From an uncultured Gammaproteobacteria bacterium (GTDB lineage Bacteria; Pseudomonadota; Gammaproteobacteria; Magnimaribacterales; Magnimaribacteraceae), in the NCBI GenBank assembly GCA_913042105.1, contig CAJWIK010000001.1, positions 1 to 46,827 on the forward strand: a DNA stretch of 46,827 bases. The letters run 5' to 3'. Under the pieces are notes generated by a model. That model did not search any database. It was given only the letters and a program-made list of their open reading frames with translations, and was not told the DNA's origin. This document shows positions 9,434 through 20,554 of the stretch, one piece after another. The position numbers and the translations under genes were made by a program. Within the stretch, counting starts at the first letter, position 1; every line of letters begins with the position of its first letter.

Positions 9434-10215
9434 TTTTTGAACCTTTTCATTGCCCACATTAAAGGGCCAGACAGAATGTAAGCAAATGCAAGACTTGCAA
9501 GGACTATTGGCGGATCAATAGAAATTAAAGCAAAAATAAAGACTACAAATAACATCGAGAAGAAAGGCACCCTTTTCTTTAATTCGATTTCTTTAAAACT
9601 ATAGTATGGAACATTGACAACCATCAATAGAGAAACCAATCCCGTCAGGATAGCTGTAAATATAGCCAGAATCCTTCCTACTTCTTCTCCTTGAATACCA
9701 TACGAACTCATCGCCCAAACAAAGTAAACCACCATTGCACTTGCAACAGGGCTTGGAAGACCTTTGAAATATGAATCTTCTGACCCTATATGAGTATTAA
9801 ATCTTGCAAGTCGAAGTGCGGCTGCAGCCACATAGAAAAAAGAAAAAACCCAACCAATTTGGCCCATAGAGTCTAAACCCCAGAGAAATACTATAATTGC
9901 AGGAGCCAAACCAAAGGAAATCACATCGCACAAGCTGTCATATTGGGCACCAAATAGACTCTGAGAATTAGTTAGTCTTGCTACCCTTCCATCTAAACCA
10001 TCAAGCATTTGGGCAGCAAAGAGAGCCATCCCAGAAGCTATAAAGTTTCCATTAATTGCCGAAATTATAGAAAAGAATCCAGAAAACAATGAGGCCGTAG
10101 TTAACAGATTTGGGAGTAAATAAATCCCTCTTCTTGTTACCTTCTTACCATCCTCAGAAACCACCTCTTCGTGGTCATCAAAGAGATCTAGACTTTCTTG
10201 AGGATCTTCAGACAT
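9430..10215 (-). CDS. pssA: CDP-diacylglycerol--serine O-phosphatidyltransferase
   Basis: RRGIYLLPNLLT; CDP-alcohol phosphotransferase motif DGLDGRVAR...GAQYDSLCD; RLARFN; follows ilvC. Confidence 0.93.
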   Translation of the reverse strand: MSEDPQESLDLFDDHEEVVSEDGKKVTRRGIYLLPNLLTTASLFSGFFSIISAINGNFIASGMALFAAQMLDGLDGRVARLTNSQSLFGAQYDSLCDVISFGLAPAIIVFLWGLDSMGQIGWVFSFFYVAAAALRLARFNTHIGSEDSYFKGLPSPVASAMVVYFVWAMSSYGIQGEEVGRILAIFTAILTGLVSLLMVVNVPYYSFKEIELKKRVPFFSMLFVVFIFALISIDPPIVLASLAFAYILSGPLMWAMKRFKN

Positions 10216-10218
10216 AAA

Positions 10219-11259
<1,041 letters not shown>

Positions 11260-11263
11260 CTAT

Positions 11264-11743
11264 TTAATTATCTATACTTAAAGTGTTTTTATCTGAAGAG
11301 ATTCCCAAAGGACCTGATCTTACAATCTCAATAGGATTACTGTGTGCAGTATCTAGGATTAATTGATCAAGCTCTGAAGATGTTCCAATAATTTGAACAT
11401 TAACAATCTCTTCGTTATTAGAAACTATATTAGTCTCATCAAAAGAATCTTCGGGAAAGGAATCTTTTTTAAATTTGATTAACATCAGTTCTCTTTCTAC
11501 AAAGTCAGAACTACCAAGATCAGAAACCATTACAACATCAATAAGTTTATCTAATTGTTTGGTAATCTGCTCTACGACTTTCTCATCTCCTTCAGTGGAC
11601 ATAGTTAATCTCGATAAAGTAGGATCACTAGTTGGAGCTACCACTAAGGTTTCAATGTTATAACCCCTCTGAGAGAAGAGACCAACAACCCTAGATAAGG
11701 CTCCAGGCTGATTTTCCATTAATAAAGCTATAACCCTTTTCAT
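11264..11743 (-). CDS. ilvH: Acetolactate synthase small (regulatory) subunit
   Basis: ENQPGALSRVVGLFSQRGYNIETL ACT domain. Start placed at ATG 11743, which overlaps the ilvI stop (TGATG). Confidence 0.95.
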   Translation of the reverse strand: MKRVIALLMENQPGALSRVVGLFSQRGYNIETLVVAPTSDPTLSRLTMSTEGDEKVVEQITKQLDKLIDVVMVSDLGSSDFVERELMLIKFKKDSFPEDSFDETNIVSNNEEIVNVQIIGTSSELDQLILDTAHSNPIEIVRSGPLGISSDKNTLSIDN

Positions 11744-13488
11744 CACCAAGTTTTCTTATCTTTACCTAGCCACATGTAATCCATGGAGTTACCCGCCTCA
11801 AGCATAGGATAAACATGTTCATTCGGGTCTACATCTACATCCAAAAATACTAATCTATCTTTGAGAGAAATACATTCTTTCATCGCGGATTCTAAATCCT
11901 CAAACTTTGCTACCTTGATACCAATATGACCATAAGATTCAGCTAAAGCCTTAAAATCAGGCAAAGAATTCTCATAGGTACTTGAAGAATATCTCCCTCC
12001 ATATTGCATATCTTGCCATTGTCTGACCATTCCAAGTGCGGCATTATTTAAATTTATTATCTTTATAGGAAGTCCATATTGAAGGCATGTAGAAAGTTCT
12101 TGGATGCACATCTGAATACTTCCTTCCCCAGTGACACAAGCTACAGTTGCATCAGGATATGCAAGTTGAACTCCCATGGCGGAAGGAAGACCAAATCCCA
12201 TAGTTCCTAAACCTCCAGAATTGATCCACTGTCTTGGTTTATCAAAATGATAATACTGAGCGGCAAACATTTGATGCTGCCCTACATCTGAAGTAACGAA
12301 TGCCTCTCCTTCAGTCTCTTTATAGAGAGATTGGACAACTTGCTGAGGTAAGATTTTTCCGTTCTGAGGTCCAAGCTCAAGCAAAGAATGATTTAATCCA
12401 TGCGCATCTCTCCAGTCAGAAACTTGCTTATTCCAAGTTGATAACTCTGCATGGTTTATTTTGAGATCTCTTCCTTTAATCTCTTGAATTAGCATTGATA
12501 GACATTCTTTTGCTGAACCCACAATCGGGACATCGGCATGTATTATTTTAGAAACTGAAGCTGGGTCTACATCAATATGTATTTTCTTAGCTTGCAGAGA
12601 AAATTTCTTGGGATCATTTGTGATCCTATCATCAAACCTTGCTCCTACAGCTATAATTAGATCAGCATTATGCATCGCCATATTAGCCTGATAAGTTCCA
12701 TGCATCCCTAACATTCCCATGAATTGAGGATCTGACCCTGGAAAGGCACCCAAGCCCATCAAAGTATTAGTAATAGGAAAGTCTAAGAGCTTAGCAAACT
12801 CGATGAGTTCATCTGAGGCATCATCTTGTATGACCCCGCCTCCGGAATATATAACTGGTCTTTTGGAGTTCTCAATTAAATCTACTGCTTCTTTTATTCT
12901 TGATGAATCACCAGCTTGTGCCGGCTTGTAAGAACGCATATTTATCTCTGAAGGATAGTTAAATTCAAATTTAAATTCAGGATCAGTGAAATCCTTAGGT
13001 ACATCTATAACAACCGGTCCTGGTCTTCCCGTAGTTGCAATATGAAAAGCTTTTTTTACAATTTCTGGAATATCTTCTGCTTTTTGAACGAGGAAACTGT
13101 GTTTTACTATAGGACGGGAGACTCCAATCATGTCTGTTTCTTGGAAAGAATCTGTACCTATTAACATTGACTTTACTTGACCTGAAATGACTACGATAGG
13201 TGTGGAATCCATATAAGCAGTGGCCAGTCCGGTAATAGCATTAGTGGCACCCGGTCCTGAAGTAACCAACGCAACCCCTGGCTTACCAGTTGCCCTTGCA
13301 TAACCATCAGCAGCATGGACTGCGCCTTGCTCATGTCTAACCAATATATGCTCGACATGATCTTGATTAAAGATGGCATCGTATATGTGCAGAGCTGCTC
13401 CACCCGGATAACCGAACATAAGCTCGACACCCTCTAGATGAAGTGAATGCAGTAATGCTTCAGCACCAGATTTATAACTATTGTCCAT
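11743..13488 (-). CDS. ilvI: Acetolactate synthase large subunit
   Basis: FGYPGG, RHEQGA, TSGPGATN, DVGQHQM, SGGLGTMGFGLP, ThDP motif GEGSIQM...NN, GMVRQWQ. Confidence 0.97.
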   Translation of the reverse strand: MDNSYKSGAEALLHSLHLEGVELMFGYPGGAALHIYDAIFNQDHVEHILVRHEQGAVHAADGYARATGKPGVALVTSGPGATNAITGLATAYMDSTPIVVISGQVKSMLIGTDSFQETDMIGVSRPIVKHSFLVQKAEDIPEIVKKAFHIATTGRPGPVVIDVPKDFTDPEFKFEFNYPSEINMRSYKPAQAGDSSRIKEAVDLIENSKRPVIYSGGGVIQDDASDELIEFAKLLDFPITNTLMGLGAFPGSDPQFMGMLGMHGTYQANMAMHNADLIIAVGARFDDRITNDPKKFSLQAKKIHIDVDPASVSKIIHADVPIVGSAKECLSMLIQEIKGRDLKINHAELSTWNKQVSDWRDAHGLNHSLLELGPQNGKILPQQVVQSLYKETEGEAFVTSDVGQHQMFAAQYYHFDKPRQWINSGGLGTMGFGLPSAMGVQLAYPDATVACVTGEGSIQMCIQELSTCLQYGLPIKIINLNNAALGMVRQWQDMQYGGRYSSSTYENSLPDFKALAESYGHIGIKVAKFEDLESAMKECISLKDRLVFLDVDVDPNEHVYPMLEAGNSMDYMWLGKDKKTW

Positions 13489-13529
13489 TAATTTTATTTA
13501 AAATTTATCCTTGCTTTAAGAGGTTGAGC

Positions 13530-13557
13530 ATTTTGACACTACAGGGCTCTAAGTCAA
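13530..13557 (-). promoter_or_regulatory. Putative sigma70 promoter of ilvIHC-pssA
   Basis: Minus strand TTGACT-16 nt-CAAAAT with TGn extended -10, about 40 nt upstream of the ilvI ATG. Confidence 0.45.
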
Positions 13558-13579
13558 GAAAACCTTATGTTTTCAAGAT

Positions 13580-14524
13580 TTAGTTAGCTTTAGAAATTGA
13601 GAACTTAAAATCTCCATCTCTAGATAAAACTATATCTGAAAAGCCTGGAACTTTATCTAAAATATAGTGAGTTAATCTTTCATAATGCATCACAAAGCGA
13701 TACACCTCTTCCTTGCTCATGATCTTTTCTTTTAAAGCAGGATCAGTAATAGTTTTAGACAGAGTCTGTTCTTGAATCCACCTGCTTTCATAAACAAATT
13801 CCATACTTGGTACTTGAATCATTAAAAGAAGGTCAAATCTAGAGAATAAAGTTTGATAATCTTTAGCCAGTTCATTATTACTCCACTTGGACCAAACACC
13901 ATCAGGATCTTCTTCCCTCTCAAGTTTATTTAAAGGAGGAAGCCAATTCTCTTCAGGTACAGGTTTTGCTCCTCCACACCAAGCATCAAAAAATATGAAA
14001 TCTGGTTTTCCTAAATACAGGGACCAGTCTTCTTCGGGATAGTGTTTATCTTCAGGTTTACAAAAGGAAGGTATCTTAGTTTCTGTATCATGCTCAGCAT
14101 TCGATAGCTGCTCAATTAAATCTAAACCCATAGTTATATCATGTGTGCCTGGAACACCTCTTACATAACAAAGGGGATGAACTTCTTCTGATAAAAGACG
14201 TCTCTCTTCTTGAGATTTATAAATGTCATCAATTGAAAAACCCATAGAAGACCGGTCACAGTAATCATTTAGTACCTTTTGTATAAAGAAAGATAAAGAA
14301 GTCTTGCCTGACCCTTGTCCTCCCGTAAAACAAATTAGATAAGGTTTATTTTGTTTTGAAAATTTACTATGTAAATGATAGGCAATGGGGATGACGATTT
14401 TTTCTAAAAAATCCTCACTTAAATTATCTATTTTCATCTGCTCAGCGAGTTCAAGTAGACCTTCCTTTGAGGCATTTAGTAATTCTTGGCAATTGACATC
14501 AGATGATTCAGGAAATTTAATCAT
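13580..14524 (-). CDS. P-loop kinase, GLYK-type D-glycerate 3-kinase-like
   Basis: Walker A GGQGSGKT, SIDDIY, RGVPGTHD, FDAWCGGA (EGWC-like), FVMHYERLT: the motif series of the plant/cyanobacterial GLYK family. Confidence 0.75.
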   Translation of the reverse strand: MIKFPESSDVNCQELLNASKEGLLELAEQMKIDNLSEDFLEKIVIPIAYHLHSKFSKQNKPYLICFTGGQGSGKTSLSFFIQKVLNDYCDRSSMGFSIDDIYKSQEERRLLSEEVHPLCYVRGVPGTHDITMGLDLIEQLSNAEHDTETKIPSFCKPEDKHYPEEDWSLYLGKPDFIFFDAWCGGAKPVPEENWLPPLNKLEREEDPDGVWSKWSNNELAKDYQTLFSRFDLLLMIQVPSMEFVYESRWIQEQTLSKTITDPALKEKIMSKEEVYRFVMHYERLTHYILDKVPGFSDIVLSRDGDFKFSISKAN

Positions 14525-15386
14525 TTTTTTTCAATCTCCTTAACAGGCTTGAGGTGTCCCATCTATTACCGCCCATATCTTGTATATCTTGATAGAACTT
14601 ATCTACCAGCTCTGTCACCTCTAGAGAGAGACTATTTTTTTTTGCTTCTTCGATGGCAATGCCTAGATCTTTTCTCATATGGTCAACGGCAAATCCATGA
14701 TCATATTGATCTGAAGACATGGTCTCCCAGCGATTAACCATTTGCCAAGATTGTGCAGCGCCTTGTGAAATGACATCAATCACTTCTTTTGTCTCTAGTC
14801 CAACTTCTTTAGAAAAATTTATTCCCTCAGCAAGACCTTGCAATAATCCTGCAATGCAGATTTGATTAACCATTTTAGTTAACTGTCCAGAACCTGAAGG
14901 TCCCATTAAGTTTGAAAATTTTGAGTAACAAGACATAGTCAAAACAGCTGTTTCATAAGCCTTTTTATTACCTCCGACCATAATAGTAAGTGTTCCATTT
15001 TCAGCCCCTGCTTGTCCACCTGAAACAGGTGCGTCTATATAAGCAATTTCCTTTTGCAGGCAAAGCTCGCTCATTTCTTTTGAAAGAGTAGAAGAAGTCG
15101 TTGTGTGGTCAACAATAATACTGCCAGAAGCCATTGTATTTAAAATACCCTTTTCTCCAGAAATAACTTCTCTGACATCTTTATCAGCTCCAACACAAAT
15201 ATAGACTTCACTGCACAAACGACCAAGATCTTCAGGACTGCTGACAGATTTTCCCTCATACACTTCAAGCCATTCTTCTGCTTTTGACTGTGTCCTATTA
15301 TAAACAGCCATAGAATGGCTCTTTGATAAATGCCCGGCCATGGGGAAACCCATCACACCCAATCCAATAAAACCTTTTAAGCTCAT
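14517..15386 (-). CDS. NAD(P)-dependent beta-hydroxyacid dehydrogenase (3-hydroxyisobutyrate dehydrogenase / tartronate semialdehyde reductase family)
   Basis: FIGLGVMGFPMA, DAPVSGGQAGA, catalytic KMVNQ, GFAVDHMRKDL. Confidence 0.9.
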   Translation of the reverse strand: MSLKGFIGLGVMGFPMAGHLSKSHSMAVYNRTQSKAEEWLEVYEGKSVSSPEDLGRLCSEVYICVGADKDVREVISGEKGILNTMASGSIIVDHTTTSSTLSKEMSELCLQKEIAYIDAPVSGGQAGAENGTLTIMVGGNKKAYETAVLTMSCYSKFSNLMGPSGSGQLTKMVNQICIAGLLQGLAEGINFSKEVGLETKEVIDVISQGAAQSWQMVNRWETMSSDQYDHGFAVDHMRKDLGIAIEEAKKNSLSLEVTELVDKFYQDIQDMGGNRWDTSSLLRRLKKND

Positions 15387-16069
15387 TCATTCCTCCAGAT
15401 AATTGTAAGTAACCTGTTATTTGTTTGATTTCTTCTATAAGAATAAAATAAATCCTGATTTTCGAATGTACATTGATTCGAATCCTGAACTTCTACATCA
15501 TACTTTTTTAATATCCTATGCGCTTCTCCTTGAAGACTAAATAACCATTTATCTGATCTAATTTTATTAAAATTTGATAGAGATGCTTCGTCCGAAGATA
15601 AGAAGGCATCGTAAAATTCTTTATCCACTTCATAATGCTTACTAGAAATAGAAGGCCCTATCCATGCCGAAAGATGGACTTCATCTTTCATAAATGAAGA
15701 AATACACGACTGAATTACTCCGGAAATCAAACCTTTCCATCCCGCATGGATTATCGCAAATGCACTTCCGTCTTGTTTAGATATTGTAATAGGAAGACAG
15801 TCTGCTGAAACTGCACTCAAAATAATGTCATCTGAAGTAGAGATAAGAGCATCAGTAGTTTTTAATGGAGGAGATACAGAGGAGATAGCTTGAACATAAT
15901 GCTTGTGGACTTGATCCATATATTGGATAGGTTTATTTTGATAATTTAAAAAACTTGAAAATAACTTCTCTTTCTTTGGATCTATAGCATTTTGATCAAA
16001 GAATTTTTTAGTAAGTGTTAAGCACTCTATATTTCTTCCAAGGGGCTCGGTTGGTTTGATGAATAGCAT
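15383..16069 (-). CDS. pgeF: Peptidoglycan editing factor / YfiH laccase-domain protein
   Basis: QVH, ADCLP, HAGWKG, WIGPSI, YEV, FYSYRR; downstream of rluD as is usual. Confidence 0.9.
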   Translation of the reverse strand: MLFIKPTEPLGRNIECLTLTKKFFDQNAIDPKKEKLFSSFLNYQNKPIQYMDQVHKHYVQAISSVSPPLKTTDALISTSDDIILSAVSADCLPITISKQDGSAFAIIHAGWKGLISGVIQSCISSFMKDEVHLSAWIGPSISSKHYEVDKEFYDAFLSSDEASLSNFNKIRSDKWLFSLQGEAHRILKKYDVEVQDSNQCTFENQDLFYSYRRNQTNNRLLTIIWRNE

Positions 16070-16072
16070 AAA

Positions 16073-17020
16073 TTAAGCCTTTAGTGTTTCTAAAAGCCTA
16101 GCTATATCAGAAGGGATTTTTGCTTCAAAAGAAATTGAATTTTGAGTCCCAGGATGTATGAGCTCAAGCTCTTCTGCATGGAGTGCTTGGCGCTTGAACT
16201 CAGAAATAGTGGTTTTTATCTCATCGGTAGAACCAGGAGCAAATTGTTTTCTAGCACCATAGACTGAATCTCCTATTATTGGATAACCAATATGAGAGAG
16301 ATGAACACGTATTTGATGTGTTCTGCCAGTTTCTAAATTTACCTTCAATAGAGCGTATCCTTTAAAAGATTCACTGACACTTATTCTGGTGATGGCCTCT
16401 TTACCGTTTTGATTTATAGCTTGTTTGGTTCTTATTTTTGGATGCCTGCCTATAGGTGCATTAATAGTTTTATTAGAAATTGGAACCCCAACCACGATTG
16501 CTAAATAGGTTCTTCTTACAGATCTTGCCTTCAGCTGCTCTATAAGATTTAAATATGAAGATTCTTTTTTAGCTATAACCATAAGACCAGAGGTATCCTT
16601 GTCTAAACGATGAACAATGCCTGCCCTTGGAAGAAAACCAAGGCTGCTATCATGAGCTAAAAGAGCATTTACTAAAGTACCATCTGGATTTCCTGAACCT
16701 GGATGCACTACAAGTCCTGTTGATTTATTAATTACAATAATCTCTTCATCTTCAAAAATAATTTCAAGAGGTATATCTTCTGCCTGGTCAACGAGCTGAG
16801 GTTCTTCCCAAAAATTAACTGAGACTATGTCTTCAAGCATCAGTGCCTGCTTGGGCTTGACTTCCTTACCGTTAACGAGCAAATCGCCTTCTTTTATCCA
16901 TTTTTGAATATGTCCTCTTGAGTATTCAGTGAATTGCCTGGCAACAACTTGATCTACTCTATATCCCTCATCAGATTCGAGTACAGTGTAATTGAGTGAT
17001 ATCTTTTTTTTCTTTTCCAT
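16073..17020 (-). CDS. rluD: 23S rRNA pseudouridine(1911/1915/1917) synthase
   Basis: S4 domain, GLVVHPGSG, GIVHRLDKDTSG, LETGRTHQIRVH, RQALHA. Start trimmed to ATG 17020. Confidence 0.96.
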   Translation of the reverse strand: MEKKKKISLNYTVLESDEGYRVDQVVARQFTEYSRGHIQKWIKEGDLLVNGKEVKPKQALMLEDIVSVNFWEEPQLVDQAEDIPLEIIFEDEEIIVINKSTGLVVHPGSGNPDGTLVNALLAHDSSLGFLPRAGIVHRLDKDTSGLMVIAKKESSYLNLIEQLKARSVRRTYLAIVVGVPISNKTINAPIGRHPKIRTKQAINQNGKEAITRISVSESFKGYALLKVNLETGRTHQIRVHLSHIGYPIIGDSVYGARKQFAPGSTDEIKTTISEFKRQALHAEELELIHPGTQNSISFEAKIPSDIARLLETLKA

Positions 17021-17092
17021 TTTAGAAAAATTGAACCCAACAAACCTTTTTCTGTCCAAGTACTAGTCTGATCTGTAGAATTCGTAGCTTAA

Positions 17093-17965
17093 ATGACAAT
17101 CGTTCACAATTTTTCTAAATCTAGCAAGAGAAATCTCAGTATTTTGAGTATTTTTATTTTACTGATTACCCTTGCTTCGTGTTCTTCTAATGAAGAAATG
17201 CCGGATGAAAGGCTCATAGAGAAAGAGCTTTATGATCAAGCCCAGACAAGACTGAAGAATGGAAGTTACTCAACAGCAATATATAGTTTGGAGGCTCTTG
17301 AATCGAGATTTCCATTTGGTAGATATGCTGAACAAGCCCAAGCAGAACTGATCTATGCCTATTATATGAATGCCCAATTTGAAGCTAGTCAATCTGCATC
17401 CGAACGTTTCATTAATCTTCATCCTAGACACTCACATACGGGATATGCCTTTTACATGAAGGGCTTAGCTGCTTTTACAGATGATTCGGGTTTATTCTCA
17501 AGATATTTCCAATCTGATCTGGCCAAAAGAGAAATCGTAATGGCCCAAACTTCCTTTGACGAACTGTCGGATTTCATTTCTAGATATCCAGGCAGCACAT
17601 ATGTTTCTCATGCTCAACAAAGGATGATTTATCTAAAAAACCTGTTAGCGAATCATGAAATTTATGTAGCTGACTTTTATATGAAAAGAGGTGCTTACTT
17701 AGCAGCTATCGGTAGAGCTAAGTATGTAATAGAGCACCTGCCTAATACGCCACAAACTCCTTTTGCTCTTTCTATTTTAGTAGAGGCTTATGAAATTCTT
17801 GGCTACGACGAATTAAGAACTACCAGCTTAGAAATACTTAATGCAAATTATCCTAACTTCGATTTAGAAAAGAACGAATCAGTCAAAGAACGTTCATGGA
17901 CTAATCTACTTACTCTCGGTCTATTGGGAAAAGAAGACGTCAAAAGACCAGAAGCATCTGAATAA
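17093..17965 (+). CDS. bamD: Outer membrane protein assembly factor BamD
   Basis: Lipobox LASC, RFPFGRYAEQAQ, RFINLHPRH, YMKRGAYLAA; divergent from rluD. Confidence 0.95.
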   Translation: MTIVHNFSKSSKRNLSILSIFILLITLASCSSNEEMPDERLIEKELYDQAQTRLKNGSYSTAIYSLEALESRFPFGRYAEQAQAELIYAYYMNAQFEASQSASERFINLHPRHSHTGYAFYMKGLAAFTDDSGLFSRYFQSDLAKREIVMAQTSFDELSDFISRYPGSTYVSHAQQRMIYLKNLLANHEIYVADFYMKRGAYLAAIGRAKYVIEHLPNTPQTPFALSILVEAYEILGYDELRTTSLEILNANYPNFDLEKNESVKERSWTNLLTLGLLGKEDVKRPEASE

Positions 17966-17967
17966 AA

Positions 17968-18171
17968 ATGTGGCAGTTTCTGATACTAGTTTCAGTAATA
18001 ATATCAGTTTATATACTCACTAAAATAAACAGCCAATCGCGCAAGGCTTTAAAAAATAATCGAACAAAAACTGAAATAGTGAAATGTAAGGTATGTAATT
18101 TAAATATACCTCAAACAGAAGCCATTAGAGTGGATGGAACATGGTGTTGCGCAAAAAAACATATTCATTAA
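17968..18171 (+). CDS. Small membrane-anchored Cys/His protein, PP0621-family-like
   Basis: N-terminal TM helix then VKCKVC..IP..EA.....WCC...H putative metal-binding motif; directly after bamD. Confidence 0.65.
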   Translation: MWQFLILVSVIISVYILTKINSQSRKALKNNRTKTEIVKCKVCNLNIPQTEAIRVDGTWCCAKKHIH

Positions 18172-20465
18172 AACCGATATCTTAGTTTAATTGTAAAATT
18201 ATCAGCCTGGGGATTGTCCCAAGGTCTTTGATAGAGTTCGCTTAAGCTATCCTCTTCATCAGTGGCAACTATTCTTCCGCCTTTAGAATACACAACGTAC
18301 AAATATGCCAATGGAAGAATCTCATATCTATATCTTATCTGAAAAGCTAAGTCACTTAGAGTAATTGGGTCCAGAGATATTTCCGATGTAGCATTTAAAT
18401 TTCCATCAAAACTTCCCAGGTATGCAATAGGATTTCTAGCAGTGAAAGCTACCATCTGAGCTTTTATCCTTAATTCATGCTTGTCGTTTTTGAACCATTG
18501 CAATCCTGCTACGGTAGTTCTTTGTTTCTTATCATAGGTGCCTAATAAGTTTCCTTGTAACCAATTTAACCACTTATCTTCTTTATTATGCTGATGATAA
18601 ATAGAAAAATTTAGGTTTCCACTGGGAGAAAAATCTATTTTCCCAGAATAGGTTGTTGCCCATCCTAATGTTGGGGCAAATTGATTACCTTGATCACGTT
18701 TCACCTCTAAGAAATAATTGAAAAAATCTGCAGAGGGTCCTAAATATTGCAGTCTCGCACCGTAGCCAGCTGGCATATTTATAAAGGGTGCAGCTTCATC
18801 TCTTCTGGTTATCCAAAAGTCTTTTCCGGAGGTTCTAAAACTTGATTCAATTTCTATTCTTGAAGTGTTTTGGAAGGTATTAGTTACCTTTAAAGATAGC
18901 CCATCATTTGCCCGATCTCCAGATGCGTTTGTTTGAGTGGAATAACCAAACTCATATTCTCTGGACATGTTTATTGAATCAGTTTGAAAATCATTAACTT
19001 TGTATTTACTTTGACCGGCAAGAATAGCCCAGTTATTGGTTACCAAATAACCCATGTCTCCCAAGTCTAAATCCTCATCGAAATAAAAGAACCCAATATC
19101 ATGAGACAATTTTTTTGTCGGGGCAGCCACCAGTCTAAACCTGAAACCATTTCCCGTATCTCCGTCTATATTAGAATTAAGTAAAATGGTGGCTATTCTT
19201 GTCTTGTCATTTGGTCTATATGCCAAATCAAAGGAATGAACGCTTGCGTCCCTTCCAAGCACAGGTCGCTCGACATAAGTCCCTAAATAACCAAGCGAAT
19301 AATCAGTGCTAGTTTTTCGTCCCCTTATAGCAAAGAAATCTCTCCCTTGACTAAAATCTTGATCTGCTTCCGAAGCTGCAAGGACACCGAAATCAAAAGA
19401 CTCTCCTTGTTGCGTATATCTCGCTGCTAAATCAATATCTGATGTCCCAAGTTTTGAGGAAGAGCAGATAGCTTGTAAGTTTTCTGCAAATTTAGAGCAA
19501 TCATAATCCGGAGCAGCTCCAATTCTTCTTGTATTAATGACGTAAAAAAATTCGTATCCTTTGACGTTAAATAAAGAATGGTTTTCTGAAAAGAAAGGTC
19601 TTTTATCTGAGTAGAAAGTTTCATTTGCTGTGAAATTAACGACGAGTTCATCACTTTCAACTTGTCCAAAGTCAGGGTTAATGGCTATATTCAATTGCTT
19701 ACCTGAATCTATTTTCCAGAATATCTCTGCTCCTGTTTTTGTATCGACTTCTTCTGAAATCCTATCTTCGGTCACATTTATATAAGGAAAGAAATCTATT
19801 TTTGAGATGCTAGAATTCTTGAATTTCATCTCATTAAATGTAGACATGAACTCATCAGTGTAGGGATTACCTTTTATCGTGGCATTCACCTTGTATGCTC
19901 CGACAACCATTCTGTAAAACCCGAGCCTAACAGTCCTGTAATCTCCACTTTGCACTTTCATGGGTGCTATCGACCAAGGAATAAACATTTCTGCATACCA
20001 AACATCTTCGCCTATTGATGTTGCAGATCCCCAATCGGCATCCCAGTCTGGATTACTTTCATTCTCATTTTTGTATGTACCATCACCTTTAGATCCACTC
20101 ACTGAAAGAGAAAAAGAATAAGCTGAAATATTATCTCCATCGAAATCTATATTCACACCGACTCGATCTGCATTTGGTCTCTCAAGATCCCTCTCATGCT
20201 TATTGGATCTAATGCTTTCAGTAGATTGGTAATTTATAAAACCAAAATAAATACCTTTCTCATCTTCCAGAACTAATACTTTTTGGTCGTATTTAGGCTC
20301 TTCCAAAGTGAATGGATAAACCTCATAAAATTTAGTTACTTCTCTGGCCTCAGCCCATTCAGCCTCATTGATCTTTCCATCTATAAGTATTGCAGAAAAG
20401 AAAAATGGACTTAAAAGAAGAAGGCAAAAGGAAGTTAGTAATTGGAGAGATGACTTTATAGACAA
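18168..20465 (-). CDS. DUF5916-type predicted outer-membrane beta-barrel with N-terminal CBM9/DOMON-like domain (paralog C)
   Basis: TTG start with GAGGA RBS, signal peptide, IDGKINEAEW, WYAEMFIPW, NPDFGQVESD, DKRPFFSE, TRRIG, C-terminal KLRYRF. Confidence 0.82.
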   Translation of the reverse strand: MSIKSSLQLLTSFCLLLLSPFFFSAILIDGKINEAEWAEAREVTKFYEVYPFTLEEPKYDQKVLVLEDEKGIYFGFINYQSTESIRSNKHERDLERPNADRVGVNIDFDGDNISAYSFSLSVSGSKGDGTYKNENESNPDWDADWGSATSIGEDVWYAEMFIPWSIAPMKVQSGDYRTVRLGFYRMVVGAYKVNATIKGNPYTDEFMSTFNEMKFKNSSISKIDFFPYINVTEDRISEEVDTKTGAEIFWKIDSGKQLNIAINPDFGQVESDELVVNFTANETFYSDKRPFFSENHSLFNVKGYEFFYVINTRRIGAAPDYDCSKFAENLQAICSSSKLGTSDIDLAARYTQQGESFDFGVLAASEADQDFSQGRDFFAIRGRKTSTDYSLGYLGTYVERPVLGRDASVHSFDLAYRPNDKTRIATILLNSNIDGDTGNGFRFRLVAAPTKKLSHDIGFFYFDEDLDLGDMGYLVTNNWAILAGQSKYKVNDFQTDSINMSREYEFGYSTQTNASGDRANDGLSLKVTNTFQNTSRIEIESSFRTSGKDFWITRRDEAAPFINMPAGYGARLQYLGPSADFFNYFLEVKRDQGNQFAPTLGWATTYSGKIDFSPSGNLNFSIYHQHNKEDKWLNWLQGNLLGTYDKKQRTTVAGLQWFKNDKHELRIKAQMVAFTARNPIAYLGSFDGNLNATSEISLDPITLSDLAFQIRYRYEILPLAYLYVVYSKGGRIVATDEEDSLSELYQRPWDNPQADNFTIKLRYRF

Positions 20466-20554
20466 GCGGTTTCCTCGATTTTAAGGTGAGCATTCTAAAG
20501 ATATAGGAAAAGAATAGCTATCTGAATTAGCACTTAAAGGGCTTACAAAAGTAA

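Noticed and set aside
11743-13488. Possibility that the ThDP enzyme next to the glycerate genes is glyoxylate carboligase
   Set aside because: It has the AHAS catalytic Glu motif RHEQ (Gcl has RHVE) and is followed by ilvH and ilvC.
13489-13579. ilv leader peptide/attenuator; TTGAC-N15-GTCAA inverted repeat
   Set aside because: There is no Ile/Leu/Val-rich mini-ORF or terminator hairpin. The 5-bp repeat coincides with promoter hexamers and is too short to call an operator.
15900-16069. PgeF pseudogene, because the N-terminal NLxxHxGD loop is missing
   Set aside because: The frame is intact and the His/Cys/His site (QVH, ADC, HAGW) is retained, so it is more likely a trimmed variant.
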